Shown here: piece by piece, positions 22,022-33,875 of the stretch
Layout of the letters: each line of letters starts with the position of its first letter
Position numbering within the stretch: the first letter of the stretch is position 1
Source: Prasinococcaceae sp. CCMP 1430
Lineage: Eukaryota > Plantae > Prasinodermophyta
DNA length: 64,000 bases
Direction of reading: 5' to 3'
Assembly (NCBI GenBank): GCA_013416795.1
Contig: RQSC01000006.1
Coordinates: 131,018-195,017, forward strand
Notes under the pieces: generated by a model
Databases searched by the model: none
Told to the model about the DNA's origin: nothing
What the model saw: only the letters and a program-made list of their open reading frames with translations
Position numbers and translations under genes: made by a program

Positions 22022-22491
22022 GGCGCTCGAGGCGAGGCATGGCGCGCGCATCGCTGGTGCCGCCGATGTTGCAGGTGCGCCCGCACACGCACGACACGAT
22101 TTTTTCCCACCCCGCCGCAGTCACGGTCTGGCCGTGCGCCTCGAGGTGGCGCCACATAATAATAACAACAGCATCGAACCAACGCCGGCCCGCGAGTGCA
22201 CCCACGCGCGCATGCGCAAGCGCGCGTGCGGCCAGGCGCCCAGCCGGCGCGCCTGGAGGCCGTCAAGTACGAAATGTGGTGCTGCAGAATCATTACATGA
22301 AAGGTGCATCCTACGCTTGGACGGTGCATCCCTGCGCTGCTGAGCGAGGGCGCGCGCGCGCCCGCCGGCTTGCCACGCGCGACGACGTCGCATCGCGCGG
22401 GCGGCGGGGCGGTGCCGCGGCGCTATCCGCTCGTGGTTGTCGTATATCACATTGAAGTCGAGGAGCGCCGAGCTCACGGGACGGGCCCCAT

Positions 22492-23979
22492 TCAGTTCTT
22501 GGCGATGCTCGTAGCATTGTACAGGTCGCCGAGGCCGACCGCGGCCTTGGACTTGCGAGCTGCCAGCGTGACGAGGCCGGCGGTATGGTACATGTAGCGC
22601 ACAGCGGCGTCCTTCGCGTCCTGGGTGCCCATGCTCGAGAGGGACACGAGGCGCTGGTGTGCGATGGCGAGCGCCCATGGTGCGGAGCCGACCGTCGCTG
22701 CGGCATCGGCCGACGCGGGCTTGGGCGGCAAAGGCGCGCGCGAATCGGAGGAGACCGGCGACGAATCCACCTCGGCATCCCGCTCGCCGTTCCTAGCGAC
22801 GCCGTCGACGTCGGCAGTGAGCGCAGACAGTGACGGCACCGGGGAGAGGCTGCGCTGCTTGCCGAGGCCGCGCCAGGCAACCCTCGGCAGCAGCCGCCTG
22901 TTCTCCGCGAACAGCGAGGCGCCGCGCACGAGCACCGTCGCCGACATCGCGACGCCCAGAGCGGCCCCAAATGCCGTCGCTGCGCCCAGCTGCGTCACGC
23001 CTGACGTGAGCCACGCGACGTCCTCCTCGAGCTTTCCTCCCCAGCGCGCCGGAGTCACGTGGCTCAGCAACCCGCCCAGCCCCTCCCCGTCGCCCGGCGC
23101 CAGCGCGCCCCGATGCGACGAGCCGCTGGCCACTGCGTCGTCCCGGAAGGGCGCGTGCGGCTGGCGCTCATGCGCGGCGGACGGCACGCAGTACGTCGAC
23201 GGGCGGACGCACCATTCCCTCGAATCGTCGGCGTGGACCGCGTCCCGCCCATCGCCGCCGCCGCCGCCGCTCTCGCGGGCCCCGTTCCCGGCGCCGGCGC
23301 CGCTGACGGACGTGTCCTCACGAATGACGTCGAGAGGGGAGAACGACAGGCGCCGCTGGCGGAAGGCGGCAGGCGCGACCGGCGCGCGCGACACCAGCGC
23401 GGCCACCTCTCGCCCATCACCGAAGCTGCCGAGCAGGCTGAATTCGGCGCACTGCCGTGTGCGCGTGCCGCCGCCCGCCGCCGTGCTCGCCGCCGTGTCC
23501 GCCGCCGCGCCTGCCTTCGGGCTGTCTGGCGGCGAGTCCTCCGGCGAGGAGGCCGCGTCGCCGTCGTCGTGCATGAGTTGCAGGCCCTCGGGTCCGGCGG
23601 TGCCCTTGAGCACGAGCGCGCCCGACCCTGCCGTCACCACGAAGCGCACGCGCGCGCCCTCGAAGATGACCTGCGAGCTCGCGAGGAACGTCACGGCGTC
23701 GTCCCACTGCCGGCGCAGCACCGTCGTCGCCGCCTCGCCGGGGCGCAGCGCGCGGCCGTCGACCGAGATGCTGCCACGGCCGCCCTTTAGCGCCGCCTGC
23801 GACCCGTCCCCGTCGCTGCCCTCGCCGTCGTCGAGCTCGAGCGTCAGCGCGAGCGTCGCGGGCACCGTCTTCGCGGGCACGCCCCGCAGTACGAGCTGCA
23901 CGCAGCGGATCTCGCAGCGCGGCGGCGGCAAAGCCGCCGCCGCCGTGCGCGCCACGGCCATGCTCCCCTGCTCGCACAT
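22492..23979 (-). CDS. Conserved green-lineage protein resembling the At1g01500 family
   Basis: Beta-rich N-domain (ISVDG...TVLRR...VTFLASSQVIFEG.RVRFVV...LVLKG), LDVIRED, and a C-terminal Gly-rich hydrophobic helix (VAWLTSGV...FGAALGVAM). The family call is from recalled architecture. Confidence 0.55.
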   Translation of the reverse strand: MCEQGSMAVARTAAAALPPPRCEIRCVQLVLRGVPAKTVPATLALTLELDDGEGSDGDGSQAALKGGRGSISVDGRALRPGEAATTVLRRQWDDAVTFLASSQVIFEGARVRFVVTAGSGALVLKGTAGPEGLQLMHDDGDAASSPEDSPPDSPKAGAAADTAASTAAGGGTRTRQCAEFSLLGSFGDGREVAALVSRAPVAPAAFRQRRLSFSPLDVIREDTSVSGAGAGNGARESGGGGGDGRDAVHADDSREWCVRPSTYCVPSAAHERQPHAPFRDDAVASGSSHRGALAPGDGEGLGGLLSHVTPARWGGKLEEDVAWLTSGVTQLGAATAFGAALGVAMSATVLVRGASLFAENRRLLPRVAWRGLGKQRSLSPVPSLSALTADVDGVARNGERDAEVDSSPVSSDSRAPLPPKPASADAAATVGSAPWALAIAHQRLVSLSSMGTQDAKDAAVRYMYHTAGLVTLAARKSKAAVGLGDLYNATSIAKN

Positions 23980-25206
23980 CGCCGCGCGCTGCCCGAGGGC
24001 CGCCCCCGCGCCGCAAAAATCCCCCCGCCGCGCGCGAAAAAGCGCGGCGGGGGGCGCGCCGCGCCCCCTTCCCCCTCCCGCGTGCGCGCGCGAGGGGTGG
24101 GGGTTGGGGTGGGAGAAGGCCGTGCGGCGCGTCTCCCGCGCCCTCGCGACGCGCCTCACTCCCCACCCCGCGGCGCGCGTCGCCGCGCGTGTGGCCCGGG
24201 GTGGGGGTGGGTAGGTGTGTGTGTGGGCGGTGGGGGGCGGCGCTGTGGCGCCGCCGATTTGCGCGCGTAAATCGCATCGGATTCCACATTTTACAGATCA
24301 AATGTAATGCATTTACATATAAACATGGATTCAAAATATCCCGATTCCCGATGGAATGCCCGTATGGATTCCACAGCGCGGTGCAGGCGCGCGCGCGCGC
24401 GGGACGCCCCCCGCCCGGCCGTCCCTACCAACCCAAACCTCTCCAAACTCCAAAACCCTCATCACAATGAATGTGAAAAGGTATGAAGATAAACCCTAAA
24501 AGGGTGTTTACCCCAAACACGCCTCGGACGCCGCCGCCGGCCGCAGCAGGGTGCGGCGAGCGCACCCAAATCCGCGCGCGCGCGCGCGCGCGCCTCTCCC
24601 GCAAAGAGTGAAAAAAAACGCGACGTTTCGGATCAAATCTTCGGTCAGTGCGCCGCGAAGGCGGCGCCATGCCGCCCATACCCCCGCCGTATCTCCAAGA
24701 ATCCCCCGTCAGGCGCCCACCGCGCTTTTCATCCGCTTTTTTAGTTTTTCCCCAAGATCGGGCTTTTGCGGATCGAAGCGTGGGCGAGCGCATCGCGCGC
24801 GGGCGCGTCCCCGCGCGCGCGTCCGCGTCTTTTCCCTGTCGTGTGCCCGGCCCGAGCGACGCTTCTGCTCCGCCGCACGCGACACGTGGACGGAGGCGCG
24901 TGCACACGTGTGCACCGCGACCCGTGTCAAAACAAAGCATGCGCACCCAACCTAAAAATCTACCCATTTAGGGTTCATTTGTAGGGTTTAGGACACACGC
25001 AGCTAGGAGGATGAGGAGTGGGCGGCGCCTGTCGCCGCCGCGGCGCGCCAGGCCTCCCCTCTCGCCGCGGGGCTGGCGCGCCAGCGCACGCACAAAGGTG
25101 GATTTACATGCGCGTATCCCCGGCAGGTGCCGCCGGCCGCCGGCGGCCGGTCCCCTGCGTAGCTCCCGCCGCCGCACATTCACCAGCTCCCGCGGCGCCG
25201 CGGCGC

Positions 25207-25751
25207 TCACGAGGGCCAGGCGCCGAGGCCGACGTCGTCCAGAAACGACTGCGCCACCCACGGCCTCTTCGCGCTCGCCGAGGCCTTATAAGACGGCGAC
25301 GCCGGCGACGCCGGTCCGTGCTGCTGCCCGCGGGCGTCAGCTGCCGCGCCGTCGGCGGCAGCGGCGGCACCCCCCCCGCCATCGGGGGGCGTCCCCGGCT
25401 GCGCGTGGCTGGGCTTGTGGAAATGCTCGAGCAATGCCTTGCGGCCCTGCACGCGAGCGAAGGTCACCTCGCACACCTTCTTGCTGTTGAAGTCGTCCCA
25501 CGTGCGGCCCTGGAAGGCCTTGTGGAACGGCACCGTGTCGGCGGCCTCGATGAAGTTGATGAAGGCGTAGCCCAAATTGCACTTATTCTTGGAATCCGTG
25601 GGCAGATAGAAGAAGTCGAACGTGTCCTTGAGCTCCTTCTCGAGCAGCGCGAGCAGCATCGGCTGCGTGTACTTGTTTGGTATGTTTCTGATCATGAGGG
25701 TCGTCCGCGCGCCGGCCTTGCCGCTCTGCGCCTCCTCGGCGCTGAAGGCAA

Positions 25752-25787
<36 letters not shown>

Positions 25788-27658
25788 GGTGGTCAGCGCC
25801 GCCTCCACTCGGTGGCGCGCCACCGTCGCCCGATGGGCCCGCCGACGCGGCGGCGGCGCCCGCCGACGCGCCCGCGGATGGTGGCGGCGGAGGCGGCGGC
25901 GGCGGCGAAGGCGGCGCAGTCTCGCAATGAGCTTCGTGAAGTCGGCGGGTGAATTCCCGCTCGGCAGCGCGCCCTGCGCGAGCATCTTCTCCTTGATGGC
26001 CGGCGTGCCCAGCGACTTGGCCACTTCCTGCTGAATGCGGTTCACGACCTCGGGCGGGGTGCCGGCCGGCGCCAATGGCAGCCTGATGACGATCCAGACC
26101 TCGGTCGCGACCCAGGTGAACCTGATCTACGGCACACCGGCGGCGACCACGATCCAGTTCTGGGATGGCACCGACAATTCGGGCGACGGCATCGCACAGG
26201 GCGGCAGCGGCAGCTGGACCAACAGCTTCCCCAACTGGACCGACGCGGCGGCGACCAACAACAGCGCCTGGTCCGGTGCATTCGGCGTGTTCGGCGGCGC
26301 CGCCGGCACGGTGACGGTGGACGACGCAATCCTGTTCACCGGCGCGCAGTTCATGACCGACGGCTATGAGATCGCCGCCGGCACGGGCTCGCTGAGCGCC
26401 GACAGCCCGCTGACCAATATCCGCGTCGATCCCGGCGTGGCCGCGACGATCAGCGCCGGCATCGGCGGCAGCGGCGGGGCGAAGCCTACGGCCGTGGACA
26501 CCTGTGGCGCGTGGGCGGCGTGGCCGGCGAGCGCATGCTGCTGCGCGCGCCACTCCGCCACCTGGGTCGGCGAGACCATGCCCATGTGCCCGCCGAGGCC
26601 GGGCGAATGCGCCAGCTGCTGCTGATGCCACGCGAGAAGACTGGCGCCCCCCCCGGCGTGCGGCGCGCTCGACACCCCGCCCGCCGCCATCGCCGCGGCG
26701 TGCGCCAGCGCCTGCGCCTGCGCGTGCAGGCGCTCGACCTCGCTGTTGGCGCGCGCCTTCGCCTTCGCCGGCCCGCCCTTTGGCCTGCCGAACTCCACGC
26801 TGATGGTCCTGCCGTCGATCTCCGCCTTGTCGAGCGCCGCCCTCGCGCTCGCCGCGTGCCGCACGTCAAAAAATTCCACGAAGCGGTGCGCCTTGTTGCG
26901 CTGCGCCTCCCGCACCCCGCGCACCTCGCCGTGCGACGTGAATGCCGACATGATGGTCTGCGTGATGGACTCCCCGGCGCCCTCGGTGACGTTGAAGACC
27001 ACCAGGGTGCCCTGGTTGGCCACGAAGGGGTCCGGCGGGGTGAAGAACACGTTGGCGTCCAGGCTGGTGTCGCCGCCGAGCCAGGCTCGCGCGACCTGGG
27101 TGGCGAGCCCGTCCACGGCGGCCATCGCGTGCCGGATGTCGAAGTACGACCCCACCGCGTAGGGCAGCGCGCCCGTCGCCGGCGAGCCCGGGTACTGCGT
27201 CCACGAGCGCAGCGGGCCGAAGATCTCTGCGAGCAGCTGGAGCGCGGGCTGGTGCTCGAGCGACGCGCAGAGGCCCTCGACGCAGATGCTGCGCGACGCG
27301 CCCGACTTGCTCGGCCTGAGCGGCACGAACCCGTGCGCGTGCTGCGCCAGGAGCGCGCCCGCGTGCGCCTGCTGCGCGGCGCCCATCATCGCCATCGCGA
27401 CTGGCGAGGCCGCGTGCGGCGAGGACGAATGCGACAGCATCTGCGCCGGCATGCCGCCAGGCATCGCGCCGCCGCCCGCCGCCGCCGCCGCGAGGAGCAT
27501 GGCCTCGTGCTGCTGCGCCTGCTGCTGCGCCTGCTGCTGCTGCGCCTGCTGCTGCGCGTGATGGTGCGCCGCGGCCATCGCACTTGCGGCGTCGAACTGC
27601 GGCTGCGCCGCATGCAGTGTCGGGTCTGCTCCGTAGTACATCATGCTCTGCAGCGCGG

Positions 27659-27716
<58 letters not shown>

Positions 27717-28508
27717 CACGTGCGCAGCCATGCGCGCATGCTTCGCATAGTGTTCCTGCTGCTGGGCCGCGAAGTGCGCTTGCTGGTACTGCTGCAACGC
27801 CGCCACCTGTTGCGCCTGGGCGTGCGCTTGCGCCTGCATGCGCGCCGCCTGTGCCTGTGCGAAGAAGTCGTAGTACGCCTGCTGGTGCGCCTGCTGCTGT
27901 TGCGCCTGCTGCTGGTGCGCCTGCTGCTGTTGCGCCTGCTGCTGGTGCGCCTCCTGGTGCGCCTCCTGGCGCGCCTCCTGGTGCGCCTGCCGCTGCCCTG
28001 GCTCTGGCTCCGGCTCTGGCACCGCAGCCGTCGGGGCGTCCGCGGCTCCCCCGGCGTCCCCCGGGGCAGCTCGCTGCTCCGCCCGCTGACCGCCGCCCAG
28101 TTCGGGCGGTGCGGCGGCTTGCGGCGGCAGGCCAGCGCGGCCGGTGCCCGCCTCGCCGCTGGCGTCGCGGTCGCCGTCACTCGGCCGACTGCTGCCGCGC
28201 GGTCGCTGCCACGCGTCGTCCGAGTCCGCCGAGGAGACCAGACTGCACCCCGCGACGTCCAGCGCCTCGAGCAGCCCCGCGTGTTCGAAAATGCCGAACA
28301 GGTCCTGGCCCGCGTCGGAGGCGCGCCCTTCGGAGGTCCGCAGCGGCAGCAGCGCGCGGTGGGACGCGCCATGATCCGCCTTGTCGGCCACGATCGCCGC
28401 GAGGCTCACCGCGCGGCGCATCCCCCCCGGCGGCGAGCTCTCCCTGCTCCCGGCGCCGCCGGGGGCGCCGCCGAGGACGGGCGCCGGGCTACCCGCTCCG
28501 CCGCTCGC
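25207..28508 (-). CDS. MEI2-like (AML/TEL) RNA-binding protein with polyQ tracts; 5' end in the gap, interrupted by foreign DNA at about 25922-26475
   Basis: RRM2 NQGTLVVFNV...HRFVEFFDVRHA. Diagnostic RRM3 RTTLMIRNIPNKYT...DFFYLPTD.KNKCNLGYAFINF...FNSKKVCEVTFARVQG. Confidence 0.92.
25922..26072 (-). other. Fragment of a bacterial Bug/TctC solute-binding protein; probable contaminant join
   Basis: APAGTPPEVVNRIQQEVAKSLGTPAIKEKMLAQGALPSGNSPADFTKLI is the typical TctC C-terminus. Confidence 0.8.
26073..26475 (+). other. Fragment of a bacterial autotransporter passenger domain; probable contaminant join
   Basis: IQTSVATQVNL...QFWDG...GGSGSW....NWT...FGGAAGTVTVD...GAQFMTDGYEI...IRVDPGVAATISAGIGGSG. 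Confidence 0.75.
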
Positions 28509-28929
28509 NNNNNNNNNNNNNNNNNNNNNNNNNNNNNNNNNNNNNNNNNNNNNNNNNNNNNNNNNNNNNNNNNNNNNNNNNNNNNNNNNNNNNNNNNNNN
28601 NNNNNNNNNNNNNNNNNNNNNNNNNNNNNNNNNNNNNNNNNNNNNNNNNNNNNNNNNNNNNNNNNNNNNNNNNNNNNNNNNNNNNNNNNNNNNNNNNNNN
28701 NNNNNNNNNNNNNNNNNNNNNNNNNNNNNNNNNNNNNNNNNNNNNNNNNNNNNNNNNNNNNNNNNNNNNNNNNNNNNNNNNNNNNNNNNNNNNNNNNNNN
28801 NNNNNNNNNNNNNNNNNNNNNNNNNNNNNNNNNNNNNNNNNNNNNNNNNNNNNNNNNNNNNNNNNNNNNNNNNNNNNNNNNNNNNNNNNNNNNNNNNNNN
28901 NNNNNNNNNNNNNNNNNNNNNNNNNNNNN
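28509..28929. other. Assembly gap
   Basis: Run of N. Confidence 1.
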
Positions 28930-29139
28930 AAAAAAAAAAAAACAAATCCACGGTACAAATTTGAAAGAGTCGTAATTCCGAGTGTTTTCATCACTTTACA
29001 CCCTTCCCCGGCGCGGGAAATGCCCGGACTCCGCCGAAACGGATTCCGAAACGCGCCGGACCGCGCGCTTCGCGCCGCGAAAAAAAAAAAAAAAAACCGC
29101 ACGCGCGCGCGCGCGCGCGCTGCCGCGCCCCCCGCGACG

Positions 29140-29389
29140 CCCGCCTCCGCCCCCAACCCCTCGAAGCGCCGCTCGAAGGTCAAATTACATCACAATTTGA
29201 GATTTGGTTAGACCCTAATACCGTCCCGACCGCAAAGGGCGTGCGGGCGCGCGCGCGCGCGCGCGCGCGCGCCCCCGCGCCCCGCGCGCCTTTGCGGTCA
29301 GAACCTGCAATAGGGCCTAACCAAATCTCAAAATGTGATGCGGGTTGACCTTCGAGTGGCGCTCCGAGGGGTTAGGGGCGGAGGCGGGG
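29140..29389. repeat. Long imperfect inverted repeat (foldback / MITE-like), about 100-bp arms around a (GC)n loop
   Basis: gcctccgcccccaacccctcgaagcgccgctcgaaggtcaa...catcacaatttgagatttggttagacccta...gaccgcaaagg pairs with cctttgcggtc...tagggcctaaccaaatctcaaaatgtgatg...ttgaccttcgagtggcgctccgaggggttaggggcggaggc. Confidence 0.93.
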
Positions 29390-29618
29390 GAACCGCGCGC
29401 GCGCGCGTGCGCGCGCGCGCGCGCGCGCCTCGGAGCCCCGCGCGCGTGGCGCCGACGCGCCGCCGACCGCGGAACCCGGATAGGATAGGGTTTAAACCCT
29501 ACGTGTAATACCTAACATAAATCGTGCCGACGCGGAGGAGGACTTGGGGCACGAACCTCAACTTAGCGACGGGACGCGCGCGACCCGGGCGGGCGCAGGC
29601 CAGAGTGTTGCTGTGCAG

Positions 29619-29755
29619 GTACGTGTACAGGTACCTGGTACAGGTACAGCACGAGCTGTACGCACGTCTGCCTCGCACACGCACGTCTCGTGCTGGGGAC
29701 AGACTGCTACTGTACGCGTACAGTGTACTGTAGTGACTGCTGGGACTGTACGTAC
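29619..29755. promoter_or_regulatory. Cluster of 11 GTAC cores (candidate SBP/CRR1 copper-response elements)
   Basis: GTAC at 29619, 29625, 29631, 29638, 29644, 29658, 29712, 29718, 29725, 29748 and 29752. The function is inference. Confidence 0.45.
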
Positions 29756-30101
29756 GTATGCTTTTGGGTTGCGGGTGGTGCGTCGCTGGGCCTCGCTCGC
29801 TCGCTCGCCCCCTCGCTCGCGGGCGTCGCCGGCCCGGCCGCAGCTGCCGCGCCGCGGCACCTGCGCGCAGCACTCGCCACGCGCCGCGCGAGCGCCGGCC
29901 AGCGCACGAACGAGCGCGCGCCGAAGTCCACCACCAGCGCGCACGTCGCCAGCGGCGGCTCCGGCGGCTCCGCCCCCTCCCTCGGCACCTCCTTCACCTC
30001 CCCCCTGCGACGGTCCTCCGACACCGCGGCCTCGGGCGCGCCCGTGATGACGATCGGCGGCCTCGGCGGCGCCGATCGCCTGCCGTCCCTGCCACCCCCC
30101 T

Positions 30102-30161
30102 GCGTGTGTGCGTGTATGCGCGTGTGTGTGTGCGCGCGCGTGTGTGTGTGTGCGTTCATGC

Positions 30162-30245
<84 letters not shown>

Positions 30246-30404
30246 ACGACGCCGTCGACGCCGTCGACGCCGTCGACGCCATCGACGCCATCGCCGGCGG
30301 CGGCAACGGCGTGTGCGCTGGCGCGCGCGCAGTGGCACTCGCGCACATCCACTCGTGCACACACACACACACACAACCACGCACACGCACGCACACGCAC
30401 ACAC

Positions 30405-30437
<33 letters not shown>

Positions 30438-30555
30438 GACACACACGCACACACACACACACACGCACACGCACGCACACGCACACGCACACACACGCAC
30501 ACACACACACACGCACGCACGCACACACACACGCACGCACGCACGCGCGCGCGCG
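30102..30555. repeat. Opposed (TG)n and (CA)n microsatellite blocks around a (GACGCCGTC)n nonamer repeat
   Basis: TG-rich 30102-30243, nonamer 30248-30293, CA-rich 30358-30545. Confidence 0.9.
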
Positions 30556-31577
30556 AGCGCGCTGGGCCACACGTGGCGGGAACCGCCGCGGTCACTTTTT
30601 CGCGGTTCCGCAGGTCACTTCGAAACCTCTTTCGAACTCGTTGTTGTCGCTCAATTGCAATTCGCTCGATGTCAAACTCGATTGCATAAGGCATTTCTAA
30701 TTTAAACTGACGTGGGATATTTCGGTGGTCAAATCGCATGCGGTTGGCAGGGGCGTTGGCGCTCGACGCGCGCGAGGCCGCCGGCGAGGCCACGTCTGCG
30801 GCGCGCCTCGAAAAAAAAAACGGAAGGAGGGGTCTCCCCGCTCAACTTCGGGACGCCGACGCTGTACTAGTCATAGCATTTACATTACCGGGTAATTTTC
30901 GGTAAAGTTAAATTCGAGTGAACTTTACGGGAAACTAGTCAAAACGGGCTTAAACGCATTATTTTATGGACCCTGTTTTCACATCGAGATGATACCTCAA
31001 AAGCCGCGAGTCGAAACGCGCGTCGAAACCTCAACCATCGACGCGCCGGCGCGCGCGCGCGTGCGCGCGTGCGCGTGTGCGCGTGTGTGCGCGTGTGCGT
31101 GTGAGCGTGTGTGTGTGCGTGTGTTGTGTTGTGTGTGCATGTGCGTGCGTGTGTGTGAGTGTGTGTGTGTGCGTGTGTGTATCTCTTCGTGTGTGTGTGT
31201 CTCTTGGTGTGTGTGTGCCTTCGTGTGTGTGTGTGTGCGTTTGTGTGCGTGTGTGTGGCCGTGGCCCCGCCCTGCGGCGGTGCGCTGACGTGTGTGTGCG
31301 CCTGCCGCGGTGTGTGTGCGCGTGTGTGTGTGCGTGTGTGCGTGTGTGTGCATGTGTGTGTGTGTGTGTGCATGTGTGTGTGCATGCGTGCGTGCAAACT
31401 CGGCGTACACGCGCGCGCGCGCGCGCACGTGGCGCGCGCATGCCCGCGCGCCGCGCATGGCGTTTGATGGCCGCGCTCGCCGAGCGCCCGTTTCGCGCGC
31501 GCGCGCGCAGGCGCGCGCGCGCGCGGGGGAGCCACACCGCACACCTCGCGCACGCACACACACACCCCTCGCACACC

Positions 31578-31671
31578 ATGGCCGCCGTCGCCCGCGCCTC
31601 GTTCAAGGCCACCGCCGCCCCCAAGGCGGTGCGCGCCAAGGCCACCATGGCCGCCCCGGTGGTGCGTACAC

Positions 31672-31709
<38 letters not shown>

Positions 31710-32810
31710 GCACACACACACACGCGCGCGCGCGCGCGCGCCGTTTGCCCTAATCCGCAATCCGCGCGGGCCCGCCCAACCCGCGGACGCGAAATGCATT
31801 CGAATCCCATAACGACGTGCGTTTTGGGCACGTCGTTCGCGGATTGGCACGCGAATGTGGGGGTTTGTTGCGATTTGGGTATCTTATCCGCTCGCGCGCG
31901 GGGTGGAGTGTGCGTGTGCGCGGGGGTGCGGGCGGGTGTGCGGGGCGGGGCGGGCAGTGGGGGTGGCGAGGGTGGGCGAGGGCGCCCCCTCGTCGCACGC
32001 CCCGCCTCCCTCCGCTGCTCGACGCCGCCGCCGTGTGAGCGATCGAGGGCGATCGCGAGGGAGAGCCCGCCGCGCGCGCGCGCGGAGGCATGCGCGCGTG
32101 CGTGCGTGTGCGCGCGTGTGTGTGTGGGAGAGCAGGGGCGCTGGAGGCAGGCGGGCGCCGGATATGCGCGCGGGCCCGCGCGCGCGCGCGAGCGATGGTC
32201 GCTGACACCCCCGGCGCTGTTGCCGCCCCACGCCCGCGCAGAACAAGGCCGCCTCGTTCGCCGCCGGCGCCGCCGCCTCGGTGCTGCTCGCCGCCACCCC
32301 GGCGATGGCCGCCAGCGTCAAGCTCGGCTCGGACTCGGGCGCGCTCGTCTTCGACCCGGCCACCGTCACCATCAGCAAGGTGCGATCCCTCGCGCCGCTC
32401 TCCCTGTCGCGCGCACGCGCGCAGGACCCGCGCGGTCGACCGCATGCATACGTGCATGCGCGCTTGCGCCGCCTCTGCGTACGCACGCACGCTCGTCCCG
32501 CGCTCCCGTTGCTGACGCGCATGCACACACGCGCACACGCACACGCCCACCCCCCCACACACACACACTCCTCAAACGCGCACAGGGCGACTCGGTCACC
32601 TGGACCAACAACGCCGGCTTCCCCCACAACGTCGTCTTCGACGAGGACGCCGTCCCCGACGGTGTTGACGTCGACTCGCTGTCGTCGTACGACCTGCTCA
32701 ACGCCCCCGGCGAGAGCCACTCGGCCACCTTCGACGTCGCCGGCACGTACGAGTACTACTGCGAGCCGCACCAGGGCGCCGGCATGGCGGGCAAGGTCGT
32801 CGTGAACTAG
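31578..32810 (+). CDS. petE: Plastocyanin precursor; exons 31578-31661, 32242-32379 and 32586-32810
   Basis: Bipartite transit peptide ending AMA; [14 protein letters not shown]...[14 protein letters not shown]...[20 protein letters not shown] (Cu ligands H, C, H, M). Confidence 0.98.
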
Positions 32811-33358
32811 AGAGCTCCCACCTTTGAAGGCGAACGCGAAGACGCCCGCCGGCGACGGCGACGCCGCAGGACGGGCAGGTGTACACGCACGCACGTACGC
32901 GCGCGCGCGCGCGTGCGCGCATAAGAATGTGTTCACGTGTTGATGCACACGACGGCGGGGCGACGGACGCGCGCGAGCGCGCGCTTGCGTGTGTATGTGT
33001 CTGTGTGTGGTCGTGTACAAGCGGGTGTGTCTGATGCGTGTGTTGTGTCTGATGCGTGTGTGTGTGTGTGTGTGTACGTGAGTGTTCGGGCCCCCGTGTG
33101 TGTCTCTCTGTGCACAGCAGCGTCTGCGGCGATGGCGCGCACAATCGTGTGCACTCACTCACGCGCACGCGCTGCGCTTGCACACGTGCGTGTGATCACC
33201 GCACGCGCTGCGCGTGCACGCGCGTGTGCGTGTGGTATACACCGCTTGATAACAACAATTACAGGTCCACCGAATACGCCAAGTGTACAACAGTGCCGGC
33301 GACGAGCCGCCAACGCGCGCGTGCACGCGAGCTCCCCATTCGAGAGTGCGAGTGTGTG

Positions 33359-33389
<31 letters not shown>

Positions 33390-33447
33390 ACCTACGCGCA
33401 TGGGTGTGTGTGCATGCGCGCGCGTGCGCGTTGGCGTGCCTCGGCTC

Positions 33448-33832
33448 TCAGATCGCGCCGTCGTCCAAGCCGTCGGCGTCCGCGCCGCCCGCGCCCTCCG
33501 CGACGCCCTCGCCCCCGCCGGCGAAGAGGTTGGCGCCGCAGCGCAGGCAGAAGACAGCGTCGGCGGCATGCGGCGAGTGGCCGCACGCCGCGCACTCCCT
33601 TAAACACGAAGACACGCGCGAACGAGCGCACACACGCGCGTCAGAGGCAGGCACACGACGACACACGCACGCGCACACACGCACACAGAAACACGTACGC
33701 ACACACACGCACACAGAAACACGTACGCACACACACGCACACAGATGTACGCACACACACGCACGCGCGTCAACTGACACGCGCACGCACGAGCGCGCGA
33801 GCCGGCACACAAACACACGCGCCTGCGCGCGC

Positions 33833-33875
<43 letters not shown>

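Noticed and set aside
25922-26475. Recent bacterial HGT into the MEI2-like gene
   Set aside because: Two unrelated partial genes with low-complexity junctions in a conserved gene; contamination-driven misassembly is more parsimonious until reads show otherwise.
29707-30310. Possible small minus-strand gene ([22 protein letters not shown]...)
   Set aside because: Coding-like, but no recognisable motif and no convincing donor site; not supportable as a feature.
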